From: Candidatus Fermentimicrarchaeum limneticum
GTDB lineage: Archaea; Micrarchaeota; Micrarchaeia; Burarchaeales; Fermentimicrarchaeaceae
Length of the DNA: 64,000 nucleotides
Direction: 5' to 3'
Assembly (NCBI GenBank): GCA_013426015.1
Contig: CP058998.1
Span: forward strand, 794,758-858,757
The notes under the pieces were generated by a model. The model did no database searches. It saw only the letters and a list, made by a program, of their open reading frames with translations, and was not told where the DNA came from. The position numbers were made by a program, and so were the translations under genes. Below are positions 46,629 to 55,945 of the stretch, piece by piece. Position 1 is the stretch's first letter. Each line of letters opens with the position of its first letter.

Positions 46629-48389
46629 TCACTTCTCTGCCTTGAAAAACTGAACGACGTTTAGGAATATCGCCATAATCACGCATATTGCCAGAAGCAG
46701 AGCCAGCTCCGTCTGGTAGTCAGCAGGAATCTCCGTGGTTGCCGTGACGTTGGCTGGCGGGGTTGTTTCAACAACTGGATTTTCAAAAAGCTCCCTCATC
46801 TGCACCGTGTCGTTGTTAAGATTGTCAGCGTATATTATTAGCAGCATTGCCGAGGGAGCCCCGCCCAGTCCCTTCTTGTTCCTAATGTAGAAGTATTCGG
46901 CATGGTTCCCGTATAGCGCAGCCCACATTCCGTTCCACTGCCAGGATTTGTTGAACTGCTCATCCAGAAAGCTATCCTCATCTGCGCTCTCGTTGAGCAT
47001 CTTTATCGCGCTTATCAGGTAGTCTGAGTCGAATACTGCTGCCACAAAAGAGTCATTCCCCAGCTCGCCTCTTGCAGCCTCGAAACGCCATCCTGCATCA
47101 CCGAAGTCTGCACCTGCAAATGACTTCAGTTTCTCATCAGCCTCCTCTATCCTGCTTGATGCCAATTCCTTCAGATTGGTCTCGTTGACTGGTGTGCCGC
47201 CAATCTTCTCAGCAACGGAAAACATCTCATGCGATACCTGGCACCAGCTATCTGCCGTGAGAAGCTCCTTGAACAGGAACAACGTTGTCTCCTCATCATC
47301 ACTTGAATAGTTCTGCTTCTCTATATCACCAAGCTTCTTCCGTGACCACGCAAGTCTTTCCTCTCCTCCGCCTACCCACTCGAAGTTCTCCTTCGTCATC
47401 TGCGGCTTCTCCGCAGTTTTTATGCAGTTCCCAACATCAAGCATGCGGCTTTTCAGCCCTTTGTAGGTGATGTTACTCTCATTAAGGAAGTTCAGGTTTA
47501 TCCTTATCAGGAATGCAGAGTTTGCCCCACTGTACGGATAGTTTGACTCCACTGCATCCGCTGCCTGCTCCAGGTCACTCTCGATTGCATCAAGGAAATA
47601 GGAAAACTCGCTTCGGTTCTGCTTCGTCAGCTTCTCAAGAATCGCCGCATTTCCATCCATAATCTTCGTAGCCAGCTGCTTGAACTCCTGCAGGTAGCAG
47701 CTGGTGCAGTTAATATTCGTCCTGGGCATGCTAGTCTTAATCGTTGGTTTGGTTTCCATCACGTTGCTTTGCAAAGTCACGCTCTCTGGGGTGAACGCCA
47801 GCTCGGCCGCATCTGTTATATTGCTGGCCTCGATTATGGAGATGTTCCATCTCTGCCCCAGTATGCTGAATACCATTTTGTCGAACATGTCGTAATTCTT
47901 CGGTATGAGTATTACTTTCATACCTCCGAGAACTGCCGCTTGGGTCTTCTTCCCAACTTCCCCCACTTCACCTATGGATCCGTCCTTCTCAATTGTTCCG
48001 GTCATTGTCAGGTCTCCCCTCACTGTCTTGTTTTCCAAGAGCGAGAGCATGAGCAGCGTCATTGCAGCTCCTCCGCTTGGGCCGTCAACCGACTTTGCTC
48101 CTCCATAGTCATGCAGGTTCACAAGCATATCATATTTGCTTGTATTCACCCCTGCCAGCCCCCCTGCAACATTGAATGCAATTCTAGCCGAGCTCTGCGT
48201 CTGTATTCCAACAAGAGGTTCTGTGGATATGTAAACCTGCCCGCTACCCTGTTTCATCTCAATGTCCAACTTTACGAGCTCTCCCCCTCCGAGAGTTACA
48301 ACCGCAGGAACCGGCATTGTGGCGGTCCTTGCAGGTATGGGGAGCGCTAGAAGCAGGAGCACCAGGACGATAACCAACTTTCTCATCTT
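46629..48389 (-). CDS. secreted, C-terminally membrane-anchored protein with an N-terminal Lon-like S16 protease domain
   Basis: Signal peptide MRKLVIVLVLLLLAL, VDGPSGGAAMT (compare Lon DGPSAG), lysine-bearing downstream motifs, and a C-terminal TM helix. The start was trimmed so as not to run into tRNA-Gly. Confidence 0.55.
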   Translation of the reverse strand, partial: KMRKLVIVLVLLLLALPIPARTATMPVPAVVTLGGGELVKLDIEMKQGSGQVYISTEPLVGIQTQSSARIAFNVAGGLAGVNTSKYDMLVNLHDYGGAKSVDGPSGGAAMTLLMLSLLENKTVRGDLTMTGTIEKDGSIGEVGEVGKKTQAAVLGGMKVILIPKNYDMFDKMVFSILGQRWNISIIEASNITDAAELAFTPESVTLQSNVMETKPTIKTSMPRTNINCTSCYLQEFKQLATKIMDGNAAILEKLTKQNRSEFSYFLDAIESDLEQAADAVESNYPYSGANSAFLIRINLNFLNESNITYKGLKSRMLDVGNCIKTAEKPQMTKENFEWVGGGEERLAWSRKKLGDIEKQNYSSDDEETTLFLFKELLTADSWCQVSHEMFSVAEKIGGTPVNETNLKELASSRIEEADEKLKSFAGADFGDAGWRFEAARGELGNDSFVAAVFDSDYLISAIKMLNESADEDSFLDEQFNKSWQWNGMWAALYGNHAEYFYIRNKKGLGGAPSAMLLIIYADNLNNDTVQMRELFENPVVETTPPANVTATTEIPADYQTELALLLAICVIMAIFLNVVQFFKAEK

Positions 48390-48399
48390 CTCACTCAAG

Positions 48400-48472
48400 T
48401 GCGGCCGCCGGGATTTGAACCCGGCTCGCGAGCTTGGCAAGCTCGAGTCCTACCAGGCTAGACTACAGCCGC
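48400..48472 (-). tRNA. tRNA-Gly(GCC)
   Basis: The reverse complement folds as GCGGCTG-TA-GTCT-AGCCTGGTA-GGAC-T-CGAGC-TTGCCAA-GCTCG-CGAG-CCGGG-TTCAAAT-CCCGG-CGGCCGC-A. Confidence 0.85.
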
Positions 48473-48475
48473 ATA

Positions 48476-48549
48476 TGCCGTGAGCCGGATTTGAACCGGC
48501 AACCATCCGGTCTTCAGCCGGATGCTCTCCCAGGTTGAGCTACCACGGC
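48476..48549 (-). tRNA. tRNA-Phe(GAA)
   Basis: The reverse complement folds as GCCGTGG-TA-GCTC-AACCTGGGA-GAGC-A-TCCGG-CTGAAGA-CCGGA-TGGTT-GCCGG-TTCAAAT-CCGGC-TCACGGC-A. Confidence 0.85.
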
Positions 48550-48596
48550 GCAACATTATTTTTCTCAGCTAGATTTAATAACTCTTTATTTAAAGT

Positions 48597-48699
48597 GGGC
48601 CCGCCCGGGATCGAACCGGGAGTTTTCACCGTGTAAGGGTTACGCGGAAGTTGAGTCAAACAAGCTTCCTTGACGTCTTACCATTCGACCACGGGCCCA
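48597..48699 (-). tRNA. tRNA-Val(TAC) candidate with a roughly 31-nt non-canonical intron in the anticodon stem (around position 29/30)
   Basis: The reverse complement gives acceptor GGGCCCG/CGGGCCC, D-arm GTCG-AATGGTA-AGAC, and T-arm CCCGG-TTCGATC-CCGGG. Joining TCA...(31 nt)...CC yields anticodon arm TCACC-CTTACAC-GGTGA with variable loop AAACT. Confidence 0.5.
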
Positions 48700-48780
48700 G
48701 TGCATTTATATACTGCCTCCAAATATTATCAAGTTTTAGTTTAAAATATGTTAGTGTTTATATGTAATAAAGGTGGGTGT

Positions 48781-49461
48781 ATGAAACAAGCAAAAAAATC
48801 GTTGACTGCAAAGGAGTTTCTTCTTATCGCTATCATAGCATTTTTATGTTTTATTATCTTGCCAGTATCATTTAAGTACACAATAGGAGGTATTGGAGTT
48901 CTTGTAATCTGTATGGTGCTGCCAATAGGAATTTTATTATATTTTTTGTTAAAAGCAATTCAAACCCCGACACCACGTAACATTATGGTGGCGATTGCAT
49001 TGGTTCTGCTCTTTGCATTTTACATTTGGATAAGTACCCCAAATGTTCCTACTCCGGCACAGTGCACCTTCCCTACTGGTATTTTATGCGTGACATCCAA
49101 GCTGTCTGCAGGAACAGGTAAACTCACTCTTGAGATTGGTCAAGGAACGGGTCATAGGATCATAGTGACTGGCGTTTCTTGCACGAAGAACACCAGTTGG
49201 GAGTATGCGACAAATTCTTTCATTGACTATGAACCTGATACCAATGTGACAATAGAATCGAGAAGCATGGCTTATGTGGCGAAAGAAGACAGCTCTGGCG
49301 GCATTGCTAACGTGACATGCACTGATCAAAACGGAGCTGCGCTTACAAGTACGAATATAGGTGCTCGGTACAATGGAAAGATATACATCAACTACACAGA
49401 AGCAGATACCAACATCCAGAGAATTGTTGTTGGAACATTTTCGGTAAGGTTTGAAGCTTAA
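48781..49461 (+). CDS. pilin-like / class III signal peptide-like secreted protein
   Basis: MKQAKKSLTAKEFLLIAIIAF N-terminus and a C-terminal GKIYINYTEADTN motif shared with 58707 and 59218. Confidence 0.5.
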   Translation: MKQAKKSLTAKEFLLIAIIAFLCFIILPVSFKYTIGGIGVLVICMVLPIGILLYFLLKAIQTPTPRNIMVAIALVLLFAFYIWISTPNVPTPAQCTFPTGILCVTSKLSAGTGKLTLEIGQGTGHRIIVTGVSCTKNTSWEYATNSFIDYEPDTNVTIESRSMAYVAKEDSSGGIANVTCTDQNGAALTSTNIGARYNGKIYINYTEADTNIQRIVVGTFSVRFEA

Positions 49462-49468
49462 TCGTGTA

Positions 49469-50872
49469 TCACGCCACTTCTTTGGCATCCCCTCTCTCAA
49501 TCTTTCCCCCATACTCGCTCATGCCGGCTCTCCACCACGAACCGTATCTCTCATTGACCTGCTCCTCGATGCTCCTCCCCCTCTTTATCGCAGCTTCAAC
49601 ATGCTTCTTCTCTATGAATTCGCTTCCATCAATACAGGCAAGGTCGCCTGCAAGCTTTATTATCCCGCTGATGCTCCTGAGACGCAGTGTCAAACCGGAA
49701 GCATTATCCACCAGCCTTGCCCTTTTTCTCGCCTCTTCTATTAATGCAAGAATTGCCTCTGCATTTGCATGTGGTATCCTGCCGTCTTTCACAATCTCCT
49801 GCGCTATGAACTGCACCATCTTGTCCCTGTTCTCCTCGTTGTCCTCCATGTGTGTTTTCAGGAGCACCTCATACCCGTTTCCCGCTATCCTTGACCTGAG
49901 AGGCGGAAGTAGAGAGGGCAAATCGCTCATGTTCAATGCAGCCACAAGTATGAAATCGCTTGGGACCCCATCCACTCTCACGGAAGCGCCTGTGCTTGAT
50001 GCATTCCTGCCCGTTATGGGGAACTTCTTCTCCTGCATTGCTGTGAGTATGTAGCGCTGCAGGTAATTCAGATTGGCTATTTCATCTATGAAGAGCACCC
50101 CCTCATGAGCTTCGTGGATTGCGCCGGGAAGCACCCTCATATAAGGCAGCACTCCGACTTCAGGATGCCCTCCGTAGGGATCATGTCTCACATCGCCAAG
50201 CAGCTCTGTTTCAGATGCGCCGGTTGCCTGCACGAACGTATTCCTCTTCAAGAGGATGATGACCTTGCGGGGCTTCATTTCGGAATCGACAACCTTTGTC
50301 AGTGATTTCTGGTCATACACTCTTACCTTGTCTCCATCTGCCTTCTCGTAAACCATCATCTCCTCCTTTCCGTCAGGGCATTTCCTTATCGCATAAACCC
50401 TCTCGTTCGTCTTTGCCCCCTTGCTGGAGACGAGATCTTCAAATGGTGTCAGACCCTTCGTCTGCTTGTCAGAGCCGCACTTGGGACAGAGATACGTTGT
50501 TGAACTGAGGCCTCCGCAGACATTGCATTTGCAGCCCAGCCTCTCCGCAACATATTTCGGCACCCTTGATAGCGGGACGAGTATCCCTTCCTCCTTTCCG
50601 TAGCAGGGCTTGAACTGCCTCACGTCAAGGATAGGTCTTTCGGGGTTTGAGAAGTTGTGAAGCACAGCTACTTCCTGCTTTGGCGGCGGTATGAGACGTG
50701 CCAGCGACTGGGCTATCATGCTTTTTCCAGTCCCGGGCGGACCAACAAGAAGAAGATGTCTCCTCTGTCTTGAGGCAATCTTGGCTGCCTCAACAGCGTC
50801 ACTCTGTCCTATTATCATCTCAAGCGGATCCTTAGGCAGAGCAACTTCTTTTGTGCTCTCCGGTAGGTCCAT
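49469..50872 (-). CDS. LonB-related AAA+ ATPase lacking the protease domain, with a zinc-ribbon insertion
   Basis: Collinear with the LonB ATPase region: GPPGTGKS, GDVRHDPYGG, LFIDEI, and sensor-2 motifs. A CKCNVCGG...CPKCGS insertion sits where LonB has its TM hairpin. The protein ends before any S16 domain. Confidence 0.65.
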   Translation of the reverse strand: MDLPESTKEVALPKDPLEMIIGQSDAVEAAKIASRQRRHLLLVGPPGTGKSMIAQSLARLIPPPKQEVAVLHNFSNPERPILDVRQFKPCYGKEEGILVPLSRVPKYVAERLGCKCNVCGGLSSTTYLCPKCGSDKQTKGLTPFEDLVSSKGAKTNERVYAIRKCPDGKEEMMVYEKADGDKVRVYDQKSLTKVVDSEMKPRKVIILLKRNTFVQATGASETELLGDVRHDPYGGHPEVGVLPYMRVLPGAIHEAHEGVLFIDEIANLNYLQRYILTAMQEKKFPITGRNASSTGASVRVDGVPSDFILVAALNMSDLPSLLPPLRSRIAGNGYEVLLKTHMEDNEENRDKMVQFIAQEIVKDGRIPHANAEAILALIEEARKRARLVDNASGLTLRLRSISGIIKLAGDLACIDGSEFIEKKHVEAAIKRGRSIEEQVNERYGSWWRAGMSEYGGKIERGDAKEVA

Positions 50873-50929
50873 AATATACTTTTGTTCCTATGTTTTTATA
50901 TCACTTTTGAAAAAAGAAATAAAAAGAAA

Positions 50930-52168
50930 TCAGAATTTGGTTGAGATCAGCATCTCCTCGGGTTTTCGGAAGATGTTGCCCATCTTCACTCCAAGCAACA
51001 CCTTTGCGCCCTTGCCCTCTGCCAAATCGACAAGCCTCTGAGTGATTATTCCATCAAGGACAATCGCATATACCGGAGCGGAGTCTGTCAGCGTCTTTAT
51101 CAAATCCCTAACAGGCACCTCATACTTCAGCGCGAGCTGCTCGTCGTAAATCCTTGTCCTGAGAGTGTTCTCCAGCTCGTTCAGACTGGTGAGCAGCATC
51201 TGCGGTGGCTCCACTTCTGTACTGATTTTCGTTATGTCCTGCAGCGCTGACTCCTCAGCCGGAGGTTTCTCTTCATGTCTTGGCGGGTAACGCCTTTCCT
51301 GGTATTCCTGCCTTGGGGGGTACGACTCCTCTGCCTTTTGCTTTGCGTTGTCAACCTGCTCCACCGGAACCTTGCTTCTCAGGCATTTTATTATCTCCTT
51401 CCTGGCGAGCTCCTCAACCTCCTTCCCTGCTGGCGCTCTTGCTATGTAGTCTATCTCGGCAACCTGCGACAGCTCCTTCAGGATTATATCACCACCCCTG
51501 TCACCATCCAGGAAGACGGTCACTTCCTTCTCCCTGCACAGGTTGGCAAGCGTCTTCGGCACGTTTGCCCCTCCTACTGCAATGACGTTGTTTATGTCGT
51601 TCTTCAGCAGGTTTATCACATCAGCTCTGCCCTCCACTATTATTATTGAGTCGTATGTTGTGATATTTGGGCCGCTCGGCAGCTTCTCAGAACCGTATTC
51701 TGAGACTCCGGCGGTCTTCACCTCCTGCCTCACGAGCTGGGATATCTCCCTGCTTTCCGGTATCTCAGTGGTGAGCAGCGTCTTCAGCAGAGACTTCGCC
51801 CTGTCAACGACCGTCTTCCTCTTGACGCTCCTAGTGTCCTCTATCTTCTCCACATTCACCCTCGCATCGCAGGGGCCTACCCGGTCAACTGTCTCCAATG
51901 CAGCCCCCAGTATGCTCGTCTCAACCATGTCCAAAGAGGATGGGAGTAGTATCCTCCCGACGCTCTTGCCTCCCCTCGCCTGCAGGTCCACCTCTATCCT
52001 GCCTATCCTGCCGTTCTTCTGCAGCTCCCTCAGGTCAAGCTCGTCACCTAAAAGACCTTCAGTCTGACCGAAGACTGCTCCAACTACGTCAGGCTTCTCA
52101 ACAAGCCCGCCTATCTCAATGTTTGCGTAAATTACATACTTCACAGTGTCAATGTACATCTTAGCCAT
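50930..52168 (-). CDS. dnaG: archaeal DnaG-type primase (Toprim; exosome-associated)
   Basis: Conserved archaeal DnaG N-terminus MAKMYIDTVKYVIYANIEIGG...VVGAVFGQTEGLLG, a Toprim core (VIAVGG, FLDGDRGGD), and about 410 aa. Confidence 0.85.
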   Translation of the reverse strand: MAKMYIDTVKYVIYANIEIGGLVEKPDVVGAVFGQTEGLLGDELDLRELQKNGRIGRIEVDLQARGGKSVGRILLPSSLDMVETSILGAALETVDRVGPCDARVNVEKIEDTRSVKRKTVVDRAKSLLKTLLTTEIPESREISQLVRQEVKTAGVSEYGSEKLPSGPNITTYDSIIIVEGRADVINLLKNDINNVIAVGGANVPKTLANLCREKEVTVFLDGDRGGDIILKELSQVAEIDYIARAPAGKEVEELARKEIIKCLRSKVPVEQVDNAKQKAEESYPPRQEYQERRYPPRHEEKPPAEESALQDITKISTEVEPPQMLLTSLNELENTLRTRIYDEQLALKYEVPVRDLIKTLTDSAPVYAIVLDGIITQRLVDLAEGKGAKVLLGVKMGNIFRKPEEMLISTKF

Positions 52169-52589
52169 TCAAATCACCTTCAACCTTTTTTTCAAATTCC
52201 TCAAGCTTCCTGTCAATCTCCTCGAAGTTGTAGACCCCGAGCAGATAGCGAAACTTCCTTCTCATCTCCGTGTTTGGAAGCACGCTGTATGAACGCAGCG
52301 CCTCCTCAACTCTCTTGCACAGCCTCTCTCCTGCCGCATCGAAATCGGTGAGAATCACCGCCTCACCAGCAGTCCTTGAGATTCTCTCGCACAGCCTGTC
52401 CGGGCTCATGTTTATCAGGAATATCCTGTTCTTCACCCCTATGCGCTCGAGAGCCTCCCTGTCCCTCTTTCCTTCAACGAGGATCACGGCTCCGCTTTCC
52501 CCGAGTTCCCTCAAGGTTCTTTTCAGGAACTTCTGCTTTCTCTGAAGCCTCCTCATTGCCAGAGGGCTGAATTTCTTCACTTTCGTCAC
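52161..52589 (-). CDS. small stand-alone Toprim-domain protein
   Basis: VILVEGKRD...ILTDFDAAGE carries the Toprim E and DxD motifs. Overlaps the dnaG start by 8 nt. Confidence 0.6.
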   Translation of the reverse strand: MTKVKKFSPLAMRRLQRKQKFLKRTLRELGESGAVILVEGKRDREALERIGVKNRIFLINMSPDRLCERISRTAGEAVILTDFDAAGERLCKRVEEALRSYSVLPNTEMRRKFRYLLGVYNFEEIDRKLEEFEKKVEGDLNG

Positions 52590-52729
52590 TTGATGCTACT
52601 CGTAAGGTAACGGAGAAGAAGAGTAGAAGTGTACTGTGCAATGTTGACCGAAGTTCATCGATCGGCTTTCTCCATCAGCCATCCTTTGCACAGCGGTTGT
52701 ATTTTGAACAAACTCCTATATAAACCTGA

Positions 52730-53284
52730 TTAAACTGACTCCTCTTCGATGCACTCCTCGCATGCAAGCTTCCCACCGCTCTTCTTCAGTGTTTCTGAGT
52801 AGTTGCCGCATATCTCGCACTGACCCGAAGTAACCTCAGAAGCGCCAAAACGCTCTATGGCCGTTCTCTCCCTTATTATGTCATAAAGCCCCGGGGATAT
52901 CTTGACTATGTCCGTCTCTCCGATTATTCCCAAAAGCTTTCCCTTTTCGCTTATCACCGGCAACCTCTTTACCCCTTCGTCTCTCAGTATCTCAGCAACC
53001 TTCTCTATCTTTTCATCAGGACCTATCACCTTCAGTTTGGAGTGCATTACCTCCTTCATAAGAGTCTTTCGTGGGTCTCGGCCCTCTGCGACTACCTTGT
53101 AGGTTATGTCGCCCTCGGTCACTATCCCGATAGGAGCGTCATCTTTCACAATGATAACTGAACCTATGTGATTTTCTCTCATGAGTTTCGCTGCTTCCAT
53201 CACTGTGTTTTCTTCCTTGAGGGTCACGACTCCCTTCTTCATGCAGTCTCCTACTCTTATTTCCTTTACCTTCATGTTAGTCAT
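52730..53284 (-). CDS. CBS-pair protein with a C-terminal zinc ribbon
   Basis: Two CBS-like repeats (GSVIIVKDD...GIVTEGD; LPVISEKGKLLGIIGETD) and CEICGN...CEEC. Confidence 0.7.
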   Translation of the reverse strand: MTNMKVKEIRVGDCMKKGVVTLKEENTVMEAAKLMRENHIGSVIIVKDDAPIGIVTEGDITYKVVAEGRDPRKTLMKEVMHSKLKVIGPDEKIEKVAEILRDEGVKRLPVISEKGKLLGIIGETDIVKISPGLYDIIRERTAIERFGASEVTSGQCEICGNYSETLKKSGGKLACEECIEEESV

Positions 53285-53331
53285 TTTGCACTAGCAATTT
53301 TATAAAACTTCTCAGAGCAGTTTATAATGGT

Positions 53332-53718
53332 GTGGATTTGCTGAGATACGCAAAGGGAGCAAGGAGCGAGAGGGAGCTCATCTCGCTATTCTGCGAGAGA
53401 GGATTTTCAGTAATAAGGGCTGCCGGGAGTGGAGTGAGCTCGCTCTGCCCGGACATACTCGTTTTCAGGAAAGGGGTGCAGTACGCGTTTGAATGCAAGG
53501 CATGGGAATCCGGAAGCCTGAGCATAGAGAGAGACAAATTCAGGGTGTTGAAGGACTGGGAGAACAACACCGGCATAACCACATTCATAGCATGGAGGAT
53601 TGGCAGGGTTGGCTGGAGGTTCGTCTACCTTGATGAGCTGGAGGAGAACCCCAAGAGCTACACCATAACGATGAAGAGGACTCTGGCAATAGACAGGGGG
53701 CTGGAAAGGCTGCTGTGA
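53332..53718 (+). CDS. hjc: Holliday junction resolvase Hjc
   Basis: KGARSERELISLFCERGFSVIRAAGSG...PDILVF...YAFECKA matches the Hjc catalytic E/D/EK motifs. About 125 aa. Confidence 0.8.
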   Translation: MDLLRYAKGARSERELISLFCERGFSVIRAAGSGVSSLCPDILVFRKGVQYAFECKAWESGSLSIERDKFRVLKDWENNTGITTFIAWRIGRVGWRFVYLDELEENPKSYTITMKRTLAIDRGLERLL

Positions 53719-53756
53719 GAGTTATGTTTTTTAATGAGGGCGGGTAATAACTAACG

Positions 53757-54152
53757 GTGGATGTAATGAAGGAACTTCTCGTGCTTGCAAAGGACAGAAT
53801 AGGCCTGCTGGCCGACCTTTCATACGCGCTTGGGCAGGAGAACGTTAACATAGAATCCATTTCTGCCGACACGATGGGAGACAAGGCAGTGATACATTTG
53901 GTGGTATCGGATGAGAAGAAGGGCAAGGAGATTCTTGAGAGAAGAGGTTTCATAGTCCTGAGCTCAGACGCGATGGTGGTTAAGGTGATAGATCGGCCGG
54001 GCGAACTTGCAAAGGTTGCCAGAACGCTGTCTGATGCGAAGGTAAACATAAAGAATGTCCAGCTTGTCACGAAGGAGAGGAACATCGCACTCTATCTGTT
54101 CAGAGTGGACAACGTGAAGAAGGCGTCAAGTCTGCTCAAGGGTTATATGTGA
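53757..54152 (+). CDS. tandem ACT-domain protein
   Basis: Two beta-alpha-beta-beta-alpha-beta-like repeats (LLVLAKDRIGLLADLS...; MVVKVIDRPGELAKVARTLS...). Confidence 0.6.
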   Translation: MDVMKELLVLAKDRIGLLADLSYALGQENVNIESISADTMGDKAVIHLVVSDEKKGKEILERRGFIVLSSDAMVVKVIDRPGELAKVARTLSDAKVNIKNVQLVTKERNIALYLFRVDNVKKASSLLKGYM

Positions 54153-54156
54153 TGCA

Positions 54157-54636
54157 ATGAGAAAGCTAAGGTCTTTTCCTTCTCAGGGCAGGAATTCCCT
54201 TCTCAAGTGGTACAGGGCAAAGAATCCTTTCAGGGTTATCTTCAACTTCCTTTTGATATACGCCGCCAGGTATATGCCTTCGCTGAGCGTGAAGAGATTC
54301 CTCTACAGACTGACCGGTATGAAGGTTGGGAAGGATGTTGCTGTCGGCTTGGGGGCTGTCTTCGACATATTCTTCCCCGAGCTTATAGAGATTGGCGACA
54401 ACTGCATAATCGGATATGGAGTTACTCTGCTGGCACATGAGTTCCTCATTGATGAGTGGAGGGTTGGGGAGGTAAGGATTGGGAAGAACGTGCTCATAGG
54501 GGCTAACTCCACAGTGCTCGCGGGTGTCACAATAGGCAGCAACTCCCAGATATCCGCATGCTCGCTCGTGAACAGGGACATCCCCCCTAATTCGTTCTAT
54601 GCTGGAATCCCAGCAAGAAAAGTGAGAGCGGTTTGA
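54157..54636 (+). CDS. hexapeptide-repeat (left-handed beta-helix) acyltransferase-like protein
   Basis: Hexapeptide repeats IGKNVLIGANSTVLAGVTIGSNSQI. Confidence 0.6.
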   Translation: MRKLRSFPSQGRNSLLKWYRAKNPFRVIFNFLLIYAARYMPSLSVKRFLYRLTGMKVGKDVAVGLGAVFDIFFPELIEIGDNCIIGYGVTLLAHEFLIDEWRVGEVRIGKNVLIGANSTVLAGVTIGSNSQISACSLVNRDIPPNSFYAGIPARKVRAV

Positions 54637-55313
54637 TGGAGAAGAGCCTTTTTGTTTTCTCATTTATAGTTGCGGTGAATATTCTTGGGATGCTTTACGG
54701 TTATTACTATTACAAGGAGCAGCTGTCCTCCTCCCCACTGTATCTCTGGATTTTCATACCCGACTGCCCCCTCTATGTGATGCTGTTCACAGCTGTTCTC
54801 ATCCTGACCGTCCTTGGCGTTGAGTGCGAACTGCTCAGCTACATTGCCGCTGTTGGGATGATGAAGTACGGTATTTGGACGGTGCTTGCGTTGCTGATGT
54901 TTGGGGATTATTTCTTCTATGGCTCGCTCCTGCTGACCTCCTCAGCCCTGTTCGTCCTGCACATCGGCATGTTTGCAGAAGGGCCGTTGCTCATCCCAAG
55001 AAAGCTGAACAGAAATTATCTCATTGCAGGCCTGCTTTGGTTCCTTGCAAATGATTATGTTGACTACTTCTATGTCTACCTGAATAGGTTTGGGGAGTAT
55101 GTAGTTGGAACGCGCCCGCTTCTCCCTGCGCCTGAGAGGATGCCTCTGATGATGGTGGTTACCGTAATGCTAACCTTACTGATGTGCATATCCGCCTATC
55201 TCTTTTCGTCAAGCAGCTGGGGCTGGCCATTCAGGAAGGAGGTTGAGGAAGCGGCCGATTATTTTCAGAATACAAGGGAGAAGAGGAACGGCAGAAGGAG
55301 GAGAAAGAGGTAG
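54633..55313 (+). CDS. polytopic membrane protein
   Basis: Five or six hydrophobic helices and a basic C-terminal tail. Confidence 0.45.
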   Translation: MMEKSLFVFSFIVAVNILGMLYGYYYYKEQLSSSPLYLWIFIPDCPLYVMLFTAVLILTVLGVECELLSYIAAVGMMKYGIWTVLALLMFGDYFFYGSLLLTSSALFVLHIGMFAEGPLLIPRKLNRNYLIAGLLWFLANDYVDYFYVYLNRFGEYVVGTRPLLPAPERMPLMMVVTVMLTLLMCISAYLFSSSSWGWPFRKEVEEAADYFQNTREKRNGRRRRKR

Positions 55314-55945
55314 TCCATCGCAGCAAGCTTCAGCTCGACTGCCACATGTATGTTTTCCGGGTCAAAACCACGCGATTCGAGGGATACCGCAAGCTCCATA
55401 GCACGTTTCAGGGAGGAGTGCAGCAGTGGGACTATCAGCGGGATGGGGAGCGACAGGGGTGTCAGCCCGTATCCCCTCAGGGCCTGCGAAACTCTTATCC
55501 TGTTCAGCTCCTCCTGCATTACCGGCAGGAAACGTATGGATATCATGAGGGTGAAGGCAAGCTCGCTCGGGAATTTGAAGAAGACGAGCGCCTGGAGAAT
55601 GGAGCTGATCTCGGTCGTATACAAATCAAGCAGAGAGATCAGTATGATGTTCAGCAGGAAGAGGGACACAGCAATTCCGCGGTATATCCCTGTCTGCGGG
55701 TTTATGAGCAGGTGTAGCAGAATGGGAATGACGACAAACAGCCAACCCCTCCCCAAATCCCTGCATGGCTGGGAAAGCGGTATGCCGCTGAGCTGATAGA
55801 GAAGGAGCGTTATCAGTGACATTACCACCAGCACTCCGAGATTCTGTTTCGTGACAAGTATGAAGAGCAGAAATACGAGATAGATGATTTTGACTCTTGC
55901 ATCAGTCCTGTGAACCAGCGAATTGCCAGGTATGAACGCTATCAT
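55265..55945 (-). CDS. ECF transporter T component (EcfT/CbiQ-like)
   Basis: CbiQ-like TM topology and a conserved R-rich cytoplasmic loop (...ALRGYG...). The start was trimmed to M19 of the ORF track. Confidence 0.55.
   Translation of the reverse strand: MIAFIPGNSLVHRTDARVKIIYLVFLLFILVTKQNLGVLVVMSLITLLLYQLSGIPLSQPCRDLGRGWLFVVIPILLHLLINPQTGIYRGIAVSLFLLNIILISLLDLYTTEISSILQALVFFKFPSELAFTLMISIRFLPVMQEELNRIRVSQALRGYGLTPLSLPIPLIVPLLHSSLKRAMELAVSLESRGFDPENIHVAVELKLAAMDYLFLLLLPFLFSLVF

Noticed and set aside
48390-48440. N-terminal extension of the ORF-track ORF 46629-48440 (MPSSRAGFKSRRPHLSEK).
   Set aside because: It is the translation of the tRNA-Gly(GCC) gene. The signal-peptide start MRKLVIV at 48389 is the plausible start.
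52590-52729. The 140-nt intergenic region between the small Toprim gene and the CBS gene, as a possible small RNA.
   Set aside because: No convincing C/D box or stable hairpin signature could be read by eye. Left unannotated.
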